Assembly: GCA_944372425.1 (NCBI GenBank)
Contig: CALVZC010000003.1
Span: 6,570-70,569, forward strand
Direction of reading: 5' to 3'
DNA: 64,000 nucleotides
Source of the DNA: an uncultured Bacilli bacterium
GTDB lineage: Bacteria; Bacillota_I; Bacilli_A; RF39; UBA660
The notes beneath the pieces are model-generated. The model had not been told where the DNA came from. It saw only the letters and a program-made list of their open reading frames with translations, and did no database searches. Shown here in pieces: positions 10,015-19,490 of the stretch (its first letter is position 1; every line of letters starts with the position of its first letter). The translations under genes and the position numbers were made by a program.

Positions 10015-10710
10015 TCACCTATTATTAATTTTCCCATTATCAGAAAAACTATAATAATTATTATTACCAATAATAATATGATCGACAATTGGTATTTTAT
10101 TAATATAGCCTATTGAAACAAGTGAATTAGTTAAGATTATATCATCTTCTGATGGATTTACATCACCACTAGGATGATTGTGAATACAAATTATACTAGT
10201 AGCTGAATATAAATATGCATATTTAAATACTTCTCTTGGATGAACAATACTTTTATTAACTGTACCACAAAACAATAATTCTTTACCTACAAGATGTTGT
10301 CTATTATCAAAATATAAGCAAAAAAATAATTCCTGTTTTTTATCAACAAACGTATTTTTCATATTTTCATATATCATTTGTGAATTAGTATAATTAGAAA
10401 AATTTATTATTTCTTCTGCCAAAAAAATTCTTCTTCCAATTTCGACAATTGCCAATATCATAGTAGCTTTCGAAATTCCTATACCATTTATTGCATTTAA
10501 TTTACTAATAGTAATGTCTTTTAAGCTAGACATTTTTTTAATTTCTTTAAGAAGTTCTAAAGATAAATCTTTTGCTGATTTTGACTTAGTTCCACATCTA
10601 AACACAATAGATAAAAGTTCTTCATTTGAAAGATTTTTTGCCCCAAAAGAGATTAATCTTTCTCTTGGTCTTTCACTTTTAGGAATATCTTGAATTCTCA
10701 ATAACACCAC
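10015..10710 (-). CDS. radC: RadC-family JAB/MPN domain protein
   Basis: N-terminal helix-hairpin-helix region (ERPRERL). The JAMM motif HNHPSG(D) is near the C-terminus. Confidence 0.85.
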   Translation of the reverse strand: MVLLRIQDIPKSERPRERLISFGAKNLSNEELLSIVFRCGTKSKSAKDLSLELLKEIKKMSSLKDITISKLNAINGIGISKATMILAIVEIGRRIFLAEEIINFSNYTNSQMIYENMKNTFVDKKQELFFCLYFDNRQHLVGKELLFCGTVNKSIVHPREVFKYAYLYSATSIICIHNHPSGDVNPSEDDIILTNSLVSIGYINKIPIVDHIIIGNNNYYSFSDNGKINNR

Positions 10711-10735
10711 CTAATAAATTATTACCTTTATTAAA

Positions 10736-11182
10736 TTATTTTCCTAAGACCATTTCTTCATAACTAGATAAAATAACATCATTTATAGATATAATATTTT
10801 CTTCATCATCAACTTCTGACATTAATATATCATATTGCTCTAAATTACTAACAAATTCAATATTATTAACTACTGTCGGCTTAATATATGTATCATAATT
10901 TTTATTAGAATATAAATTTTTAATTTTATTAGCATTAATTAAATCTGTTGTCATTCCAACATATACATTATAAACGCCATCTTCTTCTAGTATTATATAT
11001 TCATCATCTAAAGAAAAATCTTTTTCTAAATCGTCTTTATTATTATAGCTTCCTGCTTGAATTAAATACACGTTATAATCAGTATTTTCTAAATTTTTTC
11101 TATAAGTAGAATACACAATTTGTGCGGATATAAAACCTAAAACAATAGAAATTACTAATGGTATAACAAAATTTTTTTTCAT
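10736..11182 (-). CDS. membrane-anchored protein, possibly with a SPOR-like domain
   Basis: N-terminal TM. YLIQAGSYNNKDDLEKDF ... YNVYVGMTTDLINANKI resembles the SPOR beta-alpha-beta pattern. The assignment is tentative. Confidence 0.4.
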   Translation of the reverse strand: MKKNFVIPLVISIVLGFISAQIVYSTYRKNLENTDYNVYLIQAGSYNNKDDLEKDFSLDDEYIILEEDGVYNVYVGMTTDLINANKIKNLYSNKNYDTYIKPTVVNNIEFVSNLEQYDILMSEVDDEENIISINDVILSSYEEMVLGK

Positions 11183-11251
11183 ATAATCACCTATTTAAAT
11201 ATAGCATTTATTATTGTCGAAAAAAGTCAAAAAAAACAAACATAAAGTTTG

Positions 11252-11452
11252 TTATTTACTTGTATTATTTCTTTTTTCTGTTTTTCTAGCATCACGACAA
11301 GCTTTACATCTTTTAGGTTCGTTTGTAAAACCTTTTTCAGCATAAAAAACTTGATCTCTAGCTGTAAAAACAAATTCAGTTCCACAGTCTACGCATTTTA
11401 TAGTCTTATCTTTAAATTCTGCTTCTGCCATCACTATCTCCTCCTTAATCAA
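11252..11452 (-). CDS. small zinc-ribbon protein (CxxC ... CxxC)
   Basis: 66 aa with CVDCGTEFVFTARDQVFYAEKGFTNEPKRCKACR. AAGGAGGAG SD upstream. The overlapping plus-strand ORF 11249-11455 is its shadow. Confidence 0.7.
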   Translation of the reverse strand: MIKEEIVMAEAEFKDKTIKCVDCGTEFVFTARDQVFYAEKGFTNEPKRCKACRDARKTEKRNNTSK

Positions 11453-11552
11453 TAAAAATAATTGGACCTGCTACCTAGTTATCTTTTCTTTTTTTAAGAA
11501 GAGAGAATAATTAGAAATATAAATCCAGTGAATATAATATATCACATGGACA

Positions 11553-11581
11553 ATTATAGCATACCATTAAATAATACGCAA
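11553..11581 (-). promoter_or_regulatory. sigma-A-type promoter for the zinc-ribbon gene
   Basis: On the minus strand: TTGCGT, 17 nt, TATAAT, with a TGc extended -10. It lies about 100 nt upstream of the start codon. Confidence 0.5.
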
Positions 11582-11679
11582 GATTCTATTTATTTATTAC
11601 ATTTTTTGTGTTAATTTTCATTTGGAAGTCCGTTTTTTCAAGCGGATTTTACTCTAAAAATTTACGTTTATTACATTTT

Positions 11680-12882
11680 TTAAAAATTAAACATTATCCA
11701 TTCTGGCTTAAAAATTAAAAGTAATCCCATAATAAGCATAATAATTCCACCAATTAATGATGAATATTTTCCATATTTAGAACTTGCTGTTGCAATACTT
11801 AAAGTACAAACCGCAATAACAAATACAATCATATCATCTAACATATAAAATAGTGTATAAACTAATAAATATAAAATTCTACTAATTCCTGTTATTTCAT
11901 TAATAGCTAATATTTCTGCAAAAGTAGCTGGGAAAACTGTCGAACAAGCAAGTTCTACTAAATTAACTGAAATTGCTAAAGTTACCACTCCTAAAAAAGC
12001 TAATAATAAATTTTTTTCTGTTGTAAATTTTTTTATTCTATGAAAGATTTTCTTCCTTTTAGTGCTATTTACAACTTGACATCCTTCATTTTTACTATTT
12101 TTAACTTTTAAATATTTTTTCAAATTATAAAAACCTATTATAATTGCAACAACACCAATAAGACTTCGAATTAAAGGCATCGATATCATTGAAAATACTG
12201 TCGTAAGTCCAAGCATAGATAGAAAATATACTAGACTAGATACAAAAAGGAAACTTATTCCTAAAAATAACATTCTCTTTTTGTTTTTCATATCAAATAA
12301 CATATTTATTAAAAATAATAAAACCCACATAGCGCAAGGATTAAAGCCATCAACTAGTCCTAATATAATTGCTACTAACAAAATAGAAACTTCTTTAACA
12401 TCAACTCTTCCCAATAGAGGTATTTCTTCTTTATTTTCATCGACAATATTTAAATTATTATCATCTAAATCTAACTCTAAATATTTTCGTAATTGGTTTT
12501 CTATTTTTTCTCCAACGTAATCATTATATCCAGAATATGATTCTTTTCCAATTACTGTAAATGGTACACTAATATTTTCATTTTTACCAAGAAGTTTTTT
12601 TACACTTAACATTAAATTTTTATTATGATTATCGTACCAAGTTTCATATCGAAATACTCTAACATTATTTTCATATTTTTTAATTATCTCATCTAAAAAT
12701 TTTTCTTCTTTAGCACAATGTTCACAGCCATCTCCATAGAAAAAATAAATATTTACAATTTCTTCTTCGATAAATTCACCAGTAATTCCATAAACTAAAT
12801 CATCATATTCACTTGAAAGTGCAAAAACTGGAAAAGGTATTAAAATTAGGAAAGAAAAGAAACACATCATTATTTTTTTCAT
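11680..12882 (-). CDS. membrane thiol-disulfide oxidoreductase: thioredoxin-fold CxxC domain fused to a DsbD/CcdA-like polytopic domain
   Basis: Signal/TM segment, then YGDGCEHCAKEEKFL (CxxC), then a multi-TM region with Cys-containing GFNPCAMWVLLF and ELACSTVFPA. ATG 12882 follows the upstream stop directly. Confidence 0.6.
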   Translation of the reverse strand: MKKIMMCFFSFLILIPFPVFALSSEYDDLVYGITGEFIEEEIVNIYFFYGDGCEHCAKEEKFLDEIIKKYENNVRVFRYETWYDNHNKNLMLSVKKLLGKNENISVPFTVIGKESYSGYNDYVGEKIENQLRKYLELDLDDNNLNIVDENKEEIPLLGRVDVKEVSILLVAIILGLVDGFNPCAMWVLLFLINMLFDMKNKKRMLFLGISFLFVSSLVYFLSMLGLTTVFSMISMPLIRSLIGVVAIIIGFYNLKKYLKVKNSKNEGCQVVNSTKRKKIFHRIKKFTTEKNLLLAFLGVVTLAISVNLVELACSTVFPATFAEILAINEITGISRILYLLVYTLFYMLDDMIVFVIAVCTLSIATASSKYGKYSSLIGGIIMLIMGLLLIFKPEWIMFNF

Positions 12883-12883
12883 T

Positions 12884-13147
12884 CTATACACCATTCTTCC
12901 TAATAAATTCTAAAACTTCTTCTTCTTTTTTTTCACCTATTAAACGTGATTTTTCAATACCATTATTTATAGCTATTATAACTGGTAAAACATTTCCAAC
13001 CTGATAAGATTCTATTTTTTCTTCATCCATATCTAAATCGTAATCTATAAATTCAATATTTTTAAATTCTTCTTTTACCTTATTCCAAAATTTATTCATA
13101 ATTATACATGCAGGGCACCACATAGCACCTATTTTTATTATTTTCAT
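12884..13147 (-). CDS. thioredoxin-family protein
   Basis: 87 aa with a WCPAC active-site motif. Confidence 0.75.
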   Translation of the reverse strand: MKIIKIGAMWCPACIIMNKFWNKVKEEFKNIEFIDYDLDMDEEKIESYQVGNVLPVIIAINNGIEKSRLIGEKKEEEVLEFIRKNGV

Positions 13148-13151
13148 TTAT

Positions 13152-14279
13152 TCACCTCAAACTAGTAAGTCTTTCATAACAAGCCGAAAAAGATTTTAAA
13201 AATTCTAAGCATTCTTCTTCAGTTGTAAGATATGATAAGCTTATTCTAATACTAGAAGAAGCAATTTCTTCATTTTTTGTTAGTGCGAAAACTGCTTTTG
13301 AAAAATTACTATTTTTTGAACAGGCTGTTTGTGTTGATATATATATATCATATTCTTCTAAAGCATGTTGCATAGTTTCAGGTTTACAATTTAGAATGCT
13401 AATATTAAGTATTTGTGGAATACAATTTTCATTACTATTTATTCTAACTAAAGGATATTTTTTCAATTTATCAACTAACATTTTATTTATTTTTTTTACG
13501 TACTGATATTTTTTTTCAATATCTATAATAGCTAGACGAAGCGCTTTAGCAAGAGACACTATTAATGGTAATGCTGGAGTCCCACTTCTAAAAGCAGTAG
13601 TACTTTTACCACCGTGTATTAATGGTTCTAAAGAAACATTTTCTTTTTTTACTAAAACACCAATACCCTTTATACCAAAAAATTTATGTGCGGAAAAAGA
13701 AACCAAATCGATATTATTTAAAGAAATAGCTTCTTTTCCTATACTCTGTGTCATATCAACATGAAAAAAACATTTAGGGAATTTTTTTACTATATTAGCT
13801 ATTTCTTCAATCGGTTGCCTTATTCCTATTTCACTATTAACGCTTGCTACTGTAACTAAGATAGTATCGTTTCTAATAAGTTTTTCTAGCTTGTTCAAAT
13901 CTATTAATCCATTTGGCAATGTTTCAACAAAGTCAATATCATATCCTTCTTTTTGTAAATAGCTAAGTGGACCATAAATTGAGGAATGTTCAAAATTAGT
14001 AGTTATAATGTGTTTTCCTCTATTTTTATATTTATCTGCAATACCTTTAATAGCTAGATTATTAGATTCACTTGCACCACTAGTATATATTATTTCACTT
14101 GCTTTGACATTTAAAATGTTAGCAACTTGTAAAGTAGAAGCTTCAATCAATTTTTTAGAATCAAGACCCAATTTATGAAGAGAATTAGGATTTCCTGGAT
14201 AATCAAGTGCTGCTTTACAAAAAGAATCTAAAACTTCTTTATTTACTGGAGTTGTTGCAGAATAATCTAAATAAATCAC
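13152..14279 (-). CDS. cysteine desulfurase (NifS/IscS class V aminotransferase)
   Basis: LDYSATTP at the N-terminus. PLP-lysine motif SFSAHKFFGIKGIG. GTPALPL region. GTG start after a GAGGTGA SD. Confidence 0.8.
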   Translation of the reverse strand: MIYLDYSATTPVNKEVLDSFCKAALDYPGNPNSLHKLGLDSKKLIEASTLQVANILNVKASEIIYTSGASESNNLAIKGIADKYKNRGKHIITTNFEHSSIYGPLSYLQKEGYDIDFVETLPNGLIDLNKLEKLIRNDTILVTVASVNSEIGIRQPIEEIANIVKKFPKCFFHVDMTQSIGKEAISLNNIDLVSFSAHKFFGIKGIGVLVKKENVSLEPLIHGGKSTTAFRSGTPALPLIVSLAKALRLAIIDIEKKYQYVKKINKMLVDKLKKYPLVRINSNENCIPQILNISILNCKPETMQHALEEYDIYISTQTACSKNSNFSKAVFALTKNEEIASSSIRISLSYLTTEEECLEFLKSFSACYERLTSLR

Positions 14280-14294
14280 AATATCACCTCATAT

Positions 14295-14768
14295 TTATTT
14301 TATGATTAATTCATTTTCAGTAATGACACTTTTCATAGTTCCACATAATGGATCATCAGGAATTTGAATTGAATTTCTAACGCCTGGTAAATTAATTAAT
14401 ACCCTAATTAAAGTTGGAATAAAAAATAGTGCAATAGTAGCCAACGCCCTTTTAAGAATTTTACTACCTGCTTTTTTTAAGGCATCGTTCTCTTGAGATA
14501 AAACAGCTTGCCCAAAGTCAACTGCAATTAAAACAATTAATGCTATTGGACCAAGTATCCTAAACCATCCCAATGCATCACTAATTAAATCTAATGCTTC
14601 CTTAGTAAAAATTCCATCACAATTAACAGAAACCTCGCTACCAGAAACAATATTAAAATCAGTATTAAGCTCATTATCGTAAGATATTTTGTAATCTAAT
14701 GCATTAACCTTAAAGTTTACACATAATATCATAAAAATAAGAAATAAGAAAAGAATATTTTTTTTCAT
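14295..14768 (-). CDS. secreted/membrane protein: signal peptide plus two TM helices; paralogue of the N-terminus of ORF 48666-49742
   Basis: MKKNILFLFLIFMILCVNFKVNA signal. CDGIFTKEALDLISDALGWFRILGPIALIVLIAVDFGQAV...KRALATIALFFIPTLI aligns residue for residue with 48666-49742. ATG 14768 is preceded by GGGAGGA. The longer track ORF runs through a terminator. Confidence 0.65.
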   Translation of the reverse strand: MKKNILFLFLIFMILCVNFKVNALDYKISYDNELNTDFNIVSGSEVSVNCDGIFTKEALDLISDALGWFRILGPIALIVLIAVDFGQAVLSQENDALKKAGSKILKRALATIALFFIPTLIRVLINLPGVRNSIQIPDDPLCGTMKSVITENELIIK

Positions 14769-14831
14769 AAATCCTCCCAAACATAATATAAGTATAACAT
14801 TTTTATACGTAAAAAAAAAGAAAAAAGAAAA

Positions 14832-14856
14832 TAAAAAAACCTTGAATATCAAGGTA
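14832..14856 (-). terminator. rho-independent terminator after the tRNA cluster
   Basis: Perfect hairpin CCTTGA-ata-TCAAGG at 14840-14854. On the minus strand it is followed by a T-run; A/T runs flank both sides. Confidence 0.7.
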
Positions 14857-14867
14857 TAATTTTTTTT

Positions 14868-14944
14868 TGGTGACCAGTATGGAATTCGAATCCATGAATG
14901 CCGCCGTGAAAGGGCGGTGTGTTAAGCCACTTCACCAACTGGCC
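14868..14944 (-). tRNA. tRNA-Glu (anticodon UUC)
   Basis: Reverse complement folds as a cloverleaf. Anticodon stem CCGCC/GGCGG with loop CTTTCAC. GTTCGAATCC-type T-arm and an encoded CCA end. Confidence 0.9.
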
Positions 14945-14951
14945 AAAAAAA

Positions 14952-15028
14952 TGGCGCCCCAACTAGGACTTGAACCTAGGACCCCTTGATTAACAGTCAA
15001 GTGCTCTAACCAACTGAGCTATTGAGGC
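14952..15028 (-). tRNA. tRNA-Asn (anticodon GUU)
   Basis: Reverse complement is GCCTCAATAGCTCAGTTGGTTAGAGC... Anticodon stem CTTGA/TCAAG with loop CTGTTAA. GGTTCAAGTCC T-arm and an encoded CCA end. Confidence 0.9.
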
Positions 15029-15035
15029 AACTATA

Positions 15036-15112
<77 letters not shown>

Positions 15113-15143
15113 ACTAATGACCAATAACCGGTCGTACTTCTAA

Positions 15144-15172
15144 AGTATATACTATGTTTTTGAATATTGCAA
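15144..15172 (-). promoter_or_regulatory. sigma-A-type promoter for the tRNA cluster
   Basis: On the minus strand: TTGCAA, 17 nt, TATACT. It lies about 30 nt upstream of the tRNA-Ile 5' end. Confidence 0.55.
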
Positions 15173-15191
15173 GTTTTTTTTTATTTTTTAT

Positions 15192-15929
15192 TTAAAAATT
15201 AACATCAAAATCATCAACTAATCCAAAATCAGAATAATTTAATGATATTTTTAATAATGAAACCTCATCATAATCATTAAATAAATTAGTAAAGTCCATA
15301 TTTATTCCTACAATAATATTGTTTTTTATATCTAGTTCTATAGTATTTAACAACTCATCATCACCAACAATTAAATTATAATTAGAATCTACAAAAGATG
15401 ATAAAATTCCATTAGTTATTTCATAACTATTCTCTGATATTTGCCTTGAACTAGCCAATATTTCTTTTAAAATTTCATTATCAAAATGATTAATATAAAA
15501 ATATGGCAACATAGAAACAGTGTAAGATTCATTTTGTTTAATCTTCACTAGCTCCCCACTTACTAAATAATTTACTGTACTACTTCCATCCGTCAAATTA
15601 AAATCATACTTTCTATTAAATCTTTTGCCACTAGAAACATAAATATTATCATTATAATATATTTTGAATTCAAAATTATAATTATTAAGATCTATATACG
15701 AAAACAATGATTTAATATATAAATTTTCATTTTCTTCGTTATCATTATCTACAATTTCATTGTTTAATATCTCATTATTAGATTCACTATAATTATCAGT
15801 ATTTTTTATATTTAATCTCAAAAAAATAATCAAAATTACAAATATTATTATATAAATTGCTAAAATTAATCTTGAACGGTATTTTTTATCAAAAACTAAA
15901 CTAGAATAATTAAAATCATTATTATTCAT
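15192..15929 (-). CDS. hypothetical single-pass membrane protein
   Basis: 245-aa ORF with an N-terminal TM (LILAIYIIIFVILIIFL) and an Asn/Asp-rich ectodomain. No motif recognised. Confidence 0.5.
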   Translation of the reverse strand: MNNNDFNYSSLVFDKKYRSRLILAIYIIIFVILIIFLRLNIKNTDNYSESNNEILNNEIVDNDNEENENLYIKSLFSYIDLNNYNFEFKIYYNDNIYVSSGKRFNRKYDFNLTDGSSTVNYLVSGELVKIKQNESYTVSMLPYFYINHFDNEILKEILASSRQISENSYEITNGILSSFVDSNYNLIVGDDELLNTIELDIKNNIIVGINMDFTNLFNDYDEVSLLKISLNYSDFGLVDDFDVNF

Positions 15930-15936
15930 AAAATCC

Positions 15937-16878
15937 CTACTCTTTCATAAACCTTCTTCCTAATAAATTATCTTTGTCTATACCATTTAAATATTCAGAA
16001 GCTTTAACTTTCTTTTTACCTTCAATTTTCAGCTCTTCAATTATTATCTCACCATCAATAGTTTTTACTCCAATACCATCTTTATATATGTTAACTATTG
16101 TTCCGCTTAAAGCTTTGCTTAAATTTTTACCTATTCTAGATTTATATATTTTTACGATTTTTCCATCTAATAATGAATATGCCCCTGGATTTGGTGATAA
16201 TCCTCTTATTTTATTATATACATTCAAAGTGGTAGTATCAAAATCTAAAAGCTCATCTTCTCTTTTTATTATTTTTCCAAAAGTTACTTGCTTTTCATCT
16301 TGTTTTATTGGAACTATCGTACCATCAATTATTTTAGGTAGTGTTTCTAATAAAAGTTTGCACCCTAAAACACTAAGTTTATCATGTAATTCTCCGGTAT
16401 TCATTTCAAATGAGATATTTATTTCTTCTTGTGATAAAATATCACCAGCATCCATAGATTCATTCATATACATAATAGTAATTCCTGTTTTTTCATCTCC
16501 ATTTATAATTGCTCTATGAATTGGAGCTCCTCCTCTTAATTTTGGCAGTAATGAAGCATGAACGTTAATACATCCATATTTGGGAAAATCAAGTATTTCT
16601 TTTGGAATAATTTGTCCATAAGCACAGGTTATAATTATATCTGGTCTCATATTTAAAACTTCGTTATACTCATTTTTTATCTTAATAGGTTGAAGAACTT
16701 TTATATTATTTTCCAAAGCTACTTTTTTAACTGGTGAAAACATTACTTCTTTGTGTCTTCCTACTTCTTTGTCTGGTTGAGTAACGACTCCTATAACATT
16801 ATATTTTTTTATTAATCCTTCAAGTATTGGAACACTAAATTCAGGTGTACCCATAAATAAAACTTTAATATTGTCCAT
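15937..16878 (-). CDS. fmt: methionyl-tRNA formyltransferase
   Basis: VLFMGTPEFSVP and the HASLLPKLRGGAPI motif. ATG 16878 is preceded by AGGTGA. Confidence 0.9.
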   Translation of the reverse strand: MDNIKVLFMGTPEFSVPILEGLIKKYNVIGVVTQPDKEVGRHKEVMFSPVKKVALENNIKVLQPIKIKNEYNEVLNMRPDIIITCAYGQIIPKEILDFPKYGCINVHASLLPKLRGGAPIHRAIINGDEKTGITIMYMNESMDAGDILSQEEINISFEMNTGELHDKLSVLGCKLLLETLPKIIDGTIVPIKQDEKQVTFGKIIKREDELLDFDTTTLNVYNKIRGLSPNPGAYSLLDGKIVKIYKSRIGKNLSKALSGTIVNIYKDGIGVKTIDGEIIIEELKIEGKKKVKASEYLNGIDKDNLLGRRFMKE

Positions 16879-16953
16879 AATATCACCTATAAAAATTATA
16901 TAATTATATTTATAATAAATCAAATAAAAACTTGCTAATAATAAGCAAGTATT

Positions 16954-19488
16954 TTAATTATTATTCTTTATTATAGATAAACGATTTTCTTCTTCTTCTA
17001 ACTTTTTTCTATCTAAATCAACTATATTTTTAGGTGCTTTATTTACATAATTCTCATTGCTTAATAATTTTTTTCTTCTAGCAATAGAAGCTTCTAATTT
17101 TTTAATTTCTTCTTCTATATTATTTTTATTTTCTTCACCATGATAATAATATGTAATATCTATTAATTCAGATTTATAATTAGAAGATAAAAGTTCTTGA
17201 TTAGGGTTACATAATTGTTCTTCTTTAATTTTTAATTGTGATAAATATATATTTCTAATTTCATCAGAAACTTTTATATCGACAATTGAATCTTTCGTAA
17301 TATTATTATTAGCTTTCATATTTCTTATAGCAATTATGTCTTTCATTATTTTTTCTAATCTTATGCTTTCATCAGCAAATATATGTTTTTTATTATACTT
17401 TGGATAATTTGAAATCATAATTGAATCAGCTTCTTTTATAGGCAACATAGAATAAATTTCCTCTGTAACATATGGCATCATCGGATGTAACATTTTAAGA
17501 ATATCTGTTAACACTAAAAGTAATACACTTTTAGTAGTATTATTCATATTTACTTTAGAAAGTTCAATATACCAATCACAAAAATCATCCCAGATAAAAG
17601 AATATAAAATAGCTCCAACATTATTAAATTCATAATGATCCATATTACGTCTTACTTCTTTTATAGTATTATTAAGTTTAGTTAAAATCCATTTATCACA
17701 TAAACTTAAATTGTTCAATGAAAATTCTTCTTTAGAAAGATTTTCGATATTCATTAATACGAATCTTGAAGCATTCCAAAGTTTATTAATAAAGTTCCAA
17801 TTAGAAGATACTTTTTCAGTATCAAATCTAATATCTGTTCCCATACTTGATGCTGTTGTTAAATAAAACCTTAAGGCATCTGCTCCATATTCTTCAATTA
17901 AGTCCATTGGATCAATTCCATTTCCTAAACTTTTTGACATTTTTCTTCCTTCTTTATCACGAATAAGTCCATGAATTATACAATCCTTAAATGGTCTTGT
18001 TTTCATCTGTTTTAATGATGAAAATGCCATTCTTGCTACCCAAAAGAAAATAATATCATATGCTGTTACTAATACATCAGTAGGAAAAAATCTTTTTAAA
18101 TCTTCTGTTTCATCTGGCCATCCTAAAGTACTAAATGGCCATAATGCACTAGAAAACCATGTATCTAATACATCATTATCTTGAATCCAATCTTTTTCTT
18201 TTGGTGGTTCCAATCCAACATATATTTCATTATCTTTATACCATGCAGGTATTCTATGTCCCCACCATAACTGACGAGATATACACCAATCATGACAGTT
18301 TTCCATCCAATGTTTTAATATTTTTTCAAAATTTTTAGGAAAAAAATTTATTTTTCTTTTAGCATCTTTTTGAAAAGACAATAAATCATTTGCCATTTCA
18401 TCCATTTTTACAAACCATTGTTTAGATAAGTATGGTTCGACAACAGCATCAGTTCTCTCACTATGACCTACACTATGAGTCATTTTTTCAATTTTAATTA
18501 ATAATCCAGCTTCTTTTAAATCATTAACTAATTTTTTTCGACATTCTTCACGAGTAAGTCCACAATATTTACCTGTTAATTCATTCATTGTTGCATCTTC
18601 ATTCATTATGACAATTCTTTCTAAATTATGTCTTTCACCTACTTCAAAGTCATTAGGATCATGAGCAGGAGTTATTTTAACTACACCTGTTCCAAAAGTA
18701 GGATCAGCATGTATATCAGAAATAATAGGAATACTTTTATTTACAATTGGTAAAATTACTTTTTTCCCTACTAATTTTTTATATCTTTCATCGTCAGGAT
18801 GTACTGCTACTGCTACATCTCCAAATAAAGTTTCCGGTCTTGTTGTAGCTACTTCTAAATATTCATTTGTTCCTTCAATATAATATTTTAAATGATAAAA
18901 TGCCCCTTCATCTTCTTTATATATAACTTCCTCATTAGATAGTGCTGTTTTTGCAACAGGATCCCAATTTATAATTCTTTCACCACGATAAATTAGTCCT
19001 TCATTATATAAATCAACAAAAACTTTTGAAACTGCTTTATTAAGACCTTCGTCTAAAGTAAATCGTTCTTTTGAATAATCAATACTTATTCCTAATTTTG
19101 CCCACTGCTTATGAATATTTTCTTTATGTTCAAAAGTCCACTTCCAACATTCATCTAAAAACTTTTCTCTTCCTATTTCATATTTATTAATATTATCTTT
19201 TTTTAATTTATTAACCACTTTAGCTTCAGTTGCAATAGCAGCATGATCCATTCCTGGTAACCAAAGTGTATCATAACCATCCATTCTTTTATATCTAATA
19301 ATTACATCTTGAATACTACCATTTAAAGCATGTCCTAAATGTAAATTTCCTGTTACATTTGGTGGTGGTATAACTATACAAAATGGTTTTTTTGACAAAT
19401 CCTTACCTGATTGAAAATAGCCTTTTTCTTTCCATATTTTATATTTATCTTTTTCAACGCTCTTGTGATCATATTTTTTTTCTAACAT
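16954..19488 (-). CDS. valS: valine--tRNA ligase
   Basis: Class I motifs PPPNVTGNLHLGHA and KMSKSLGN, a C-terminal coiled coil, 844 aa. Confidence 0.95.
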   Translation of the reverse strand: MLEKKYDHKSVEKDKYKIWKEKGYFQSGKDLSKKPFCIVIPPPNVTGNLHLGHALNGSIQDVIIRYKRMDGYDTLWLPGMDHAAIATEAKVVNKLKKDNINKYEIGREKFLDECWKWTFEHKENIHKQWAKLGISIDYSKERFTLDEGLNKAVSKVFVDLYNEGLIYRGERIINWDPVAKTALSNEEVIYKEDEGAFYHLKYYIEGTNEYLEVATTRPETLFGDVAVAVHPDDERYKKLVGKKVILPIVNKSIPIISDIHADPTFGTGVVKITPAHDPNDFEVGERHNLERIVIMNEDATMNELTGKYCGLTREECRKKLVNDLKEAGLLIKIEKMTHSVGHSERTDAVVEPYLSKQWFVKMDEMANDLLSFQKDAKRKINFFPKNFEKILKHWMENCHDWCISRQLWWGHRIPAWYKDNEIYVGLEPPKEKDWIQDNDVLDTWFSSALWPFSTLGWPDETEDLKRFFPTDVLVTAYDIIFFWVARMAFSSLKQMKTRPFKDCIIHGLIRDKEGRKMSKSLGNGIDPMDLIEEYGADALRFYLTTASSMGTDIRFDTEKVSSNWNFINKLWNASRFVLMNIENLSKEEFSLNNLSLCDKWILTKLNNTIKEVRRNMDHYEFNNVGAILYSFIWDDFCDWYIELSKVNMNNTTKSVLLLVLTDILKMLHPMMPYVTEEIYSMLPIKEADSIMISNYPKYNKKHIFADESIRLEKIMKDIIAIRNMKANNNITKDSIVDIKVSDEIRNIYLSQLKIKEEQLCNPNQELLSSNYKSELIDITYYYHGEENKNNIEEEIKKLEASIARRKKLLSNENYVNKAPKNIVDLDRKKLEEEENRLSIIKNNN

Positions 19489-19490
19489 TT

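Noticed and set aside
10011-10088. N-terminal extension of mreC in the ORF track, overlapping radC.
   Set aside because: The internal ATG at 10010 has a perfect AGGTGA SD and starts with a typical basic/TM N-terminus. The extension is a poly-Ile translation of radC coding sequence.
11608-11640. Hairpin AAGTCCG-N10-CGGATTT as a terminator for the DsbD-like gene.
   Set aside because: On the minus-strand transcript the stem contains an A-C mismatch; the corresponding G-U pair exists only on the plus strand. The loop is 10 nt and no T-run follows.
14769-14852. N-terminal extension of the two-TM protein ORF.
   Set aside because: The extension runs through the tRNA-cluster terminator hairpin (14840-14854). 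ATG 14768 has a GGGAGGA SD and begins a classical signal peptide.
15974-16519. 181-aa plus-strand ORF antisense to fmt.
   Set aside because: It is a shadow of a confidently identified gene, with low-complexity translation and no start context. The same reasoning applies to the other short plus-strand track ORFs nested in valS, serS, nrdD, essC, ileS, galE, murD and the ABC genes.
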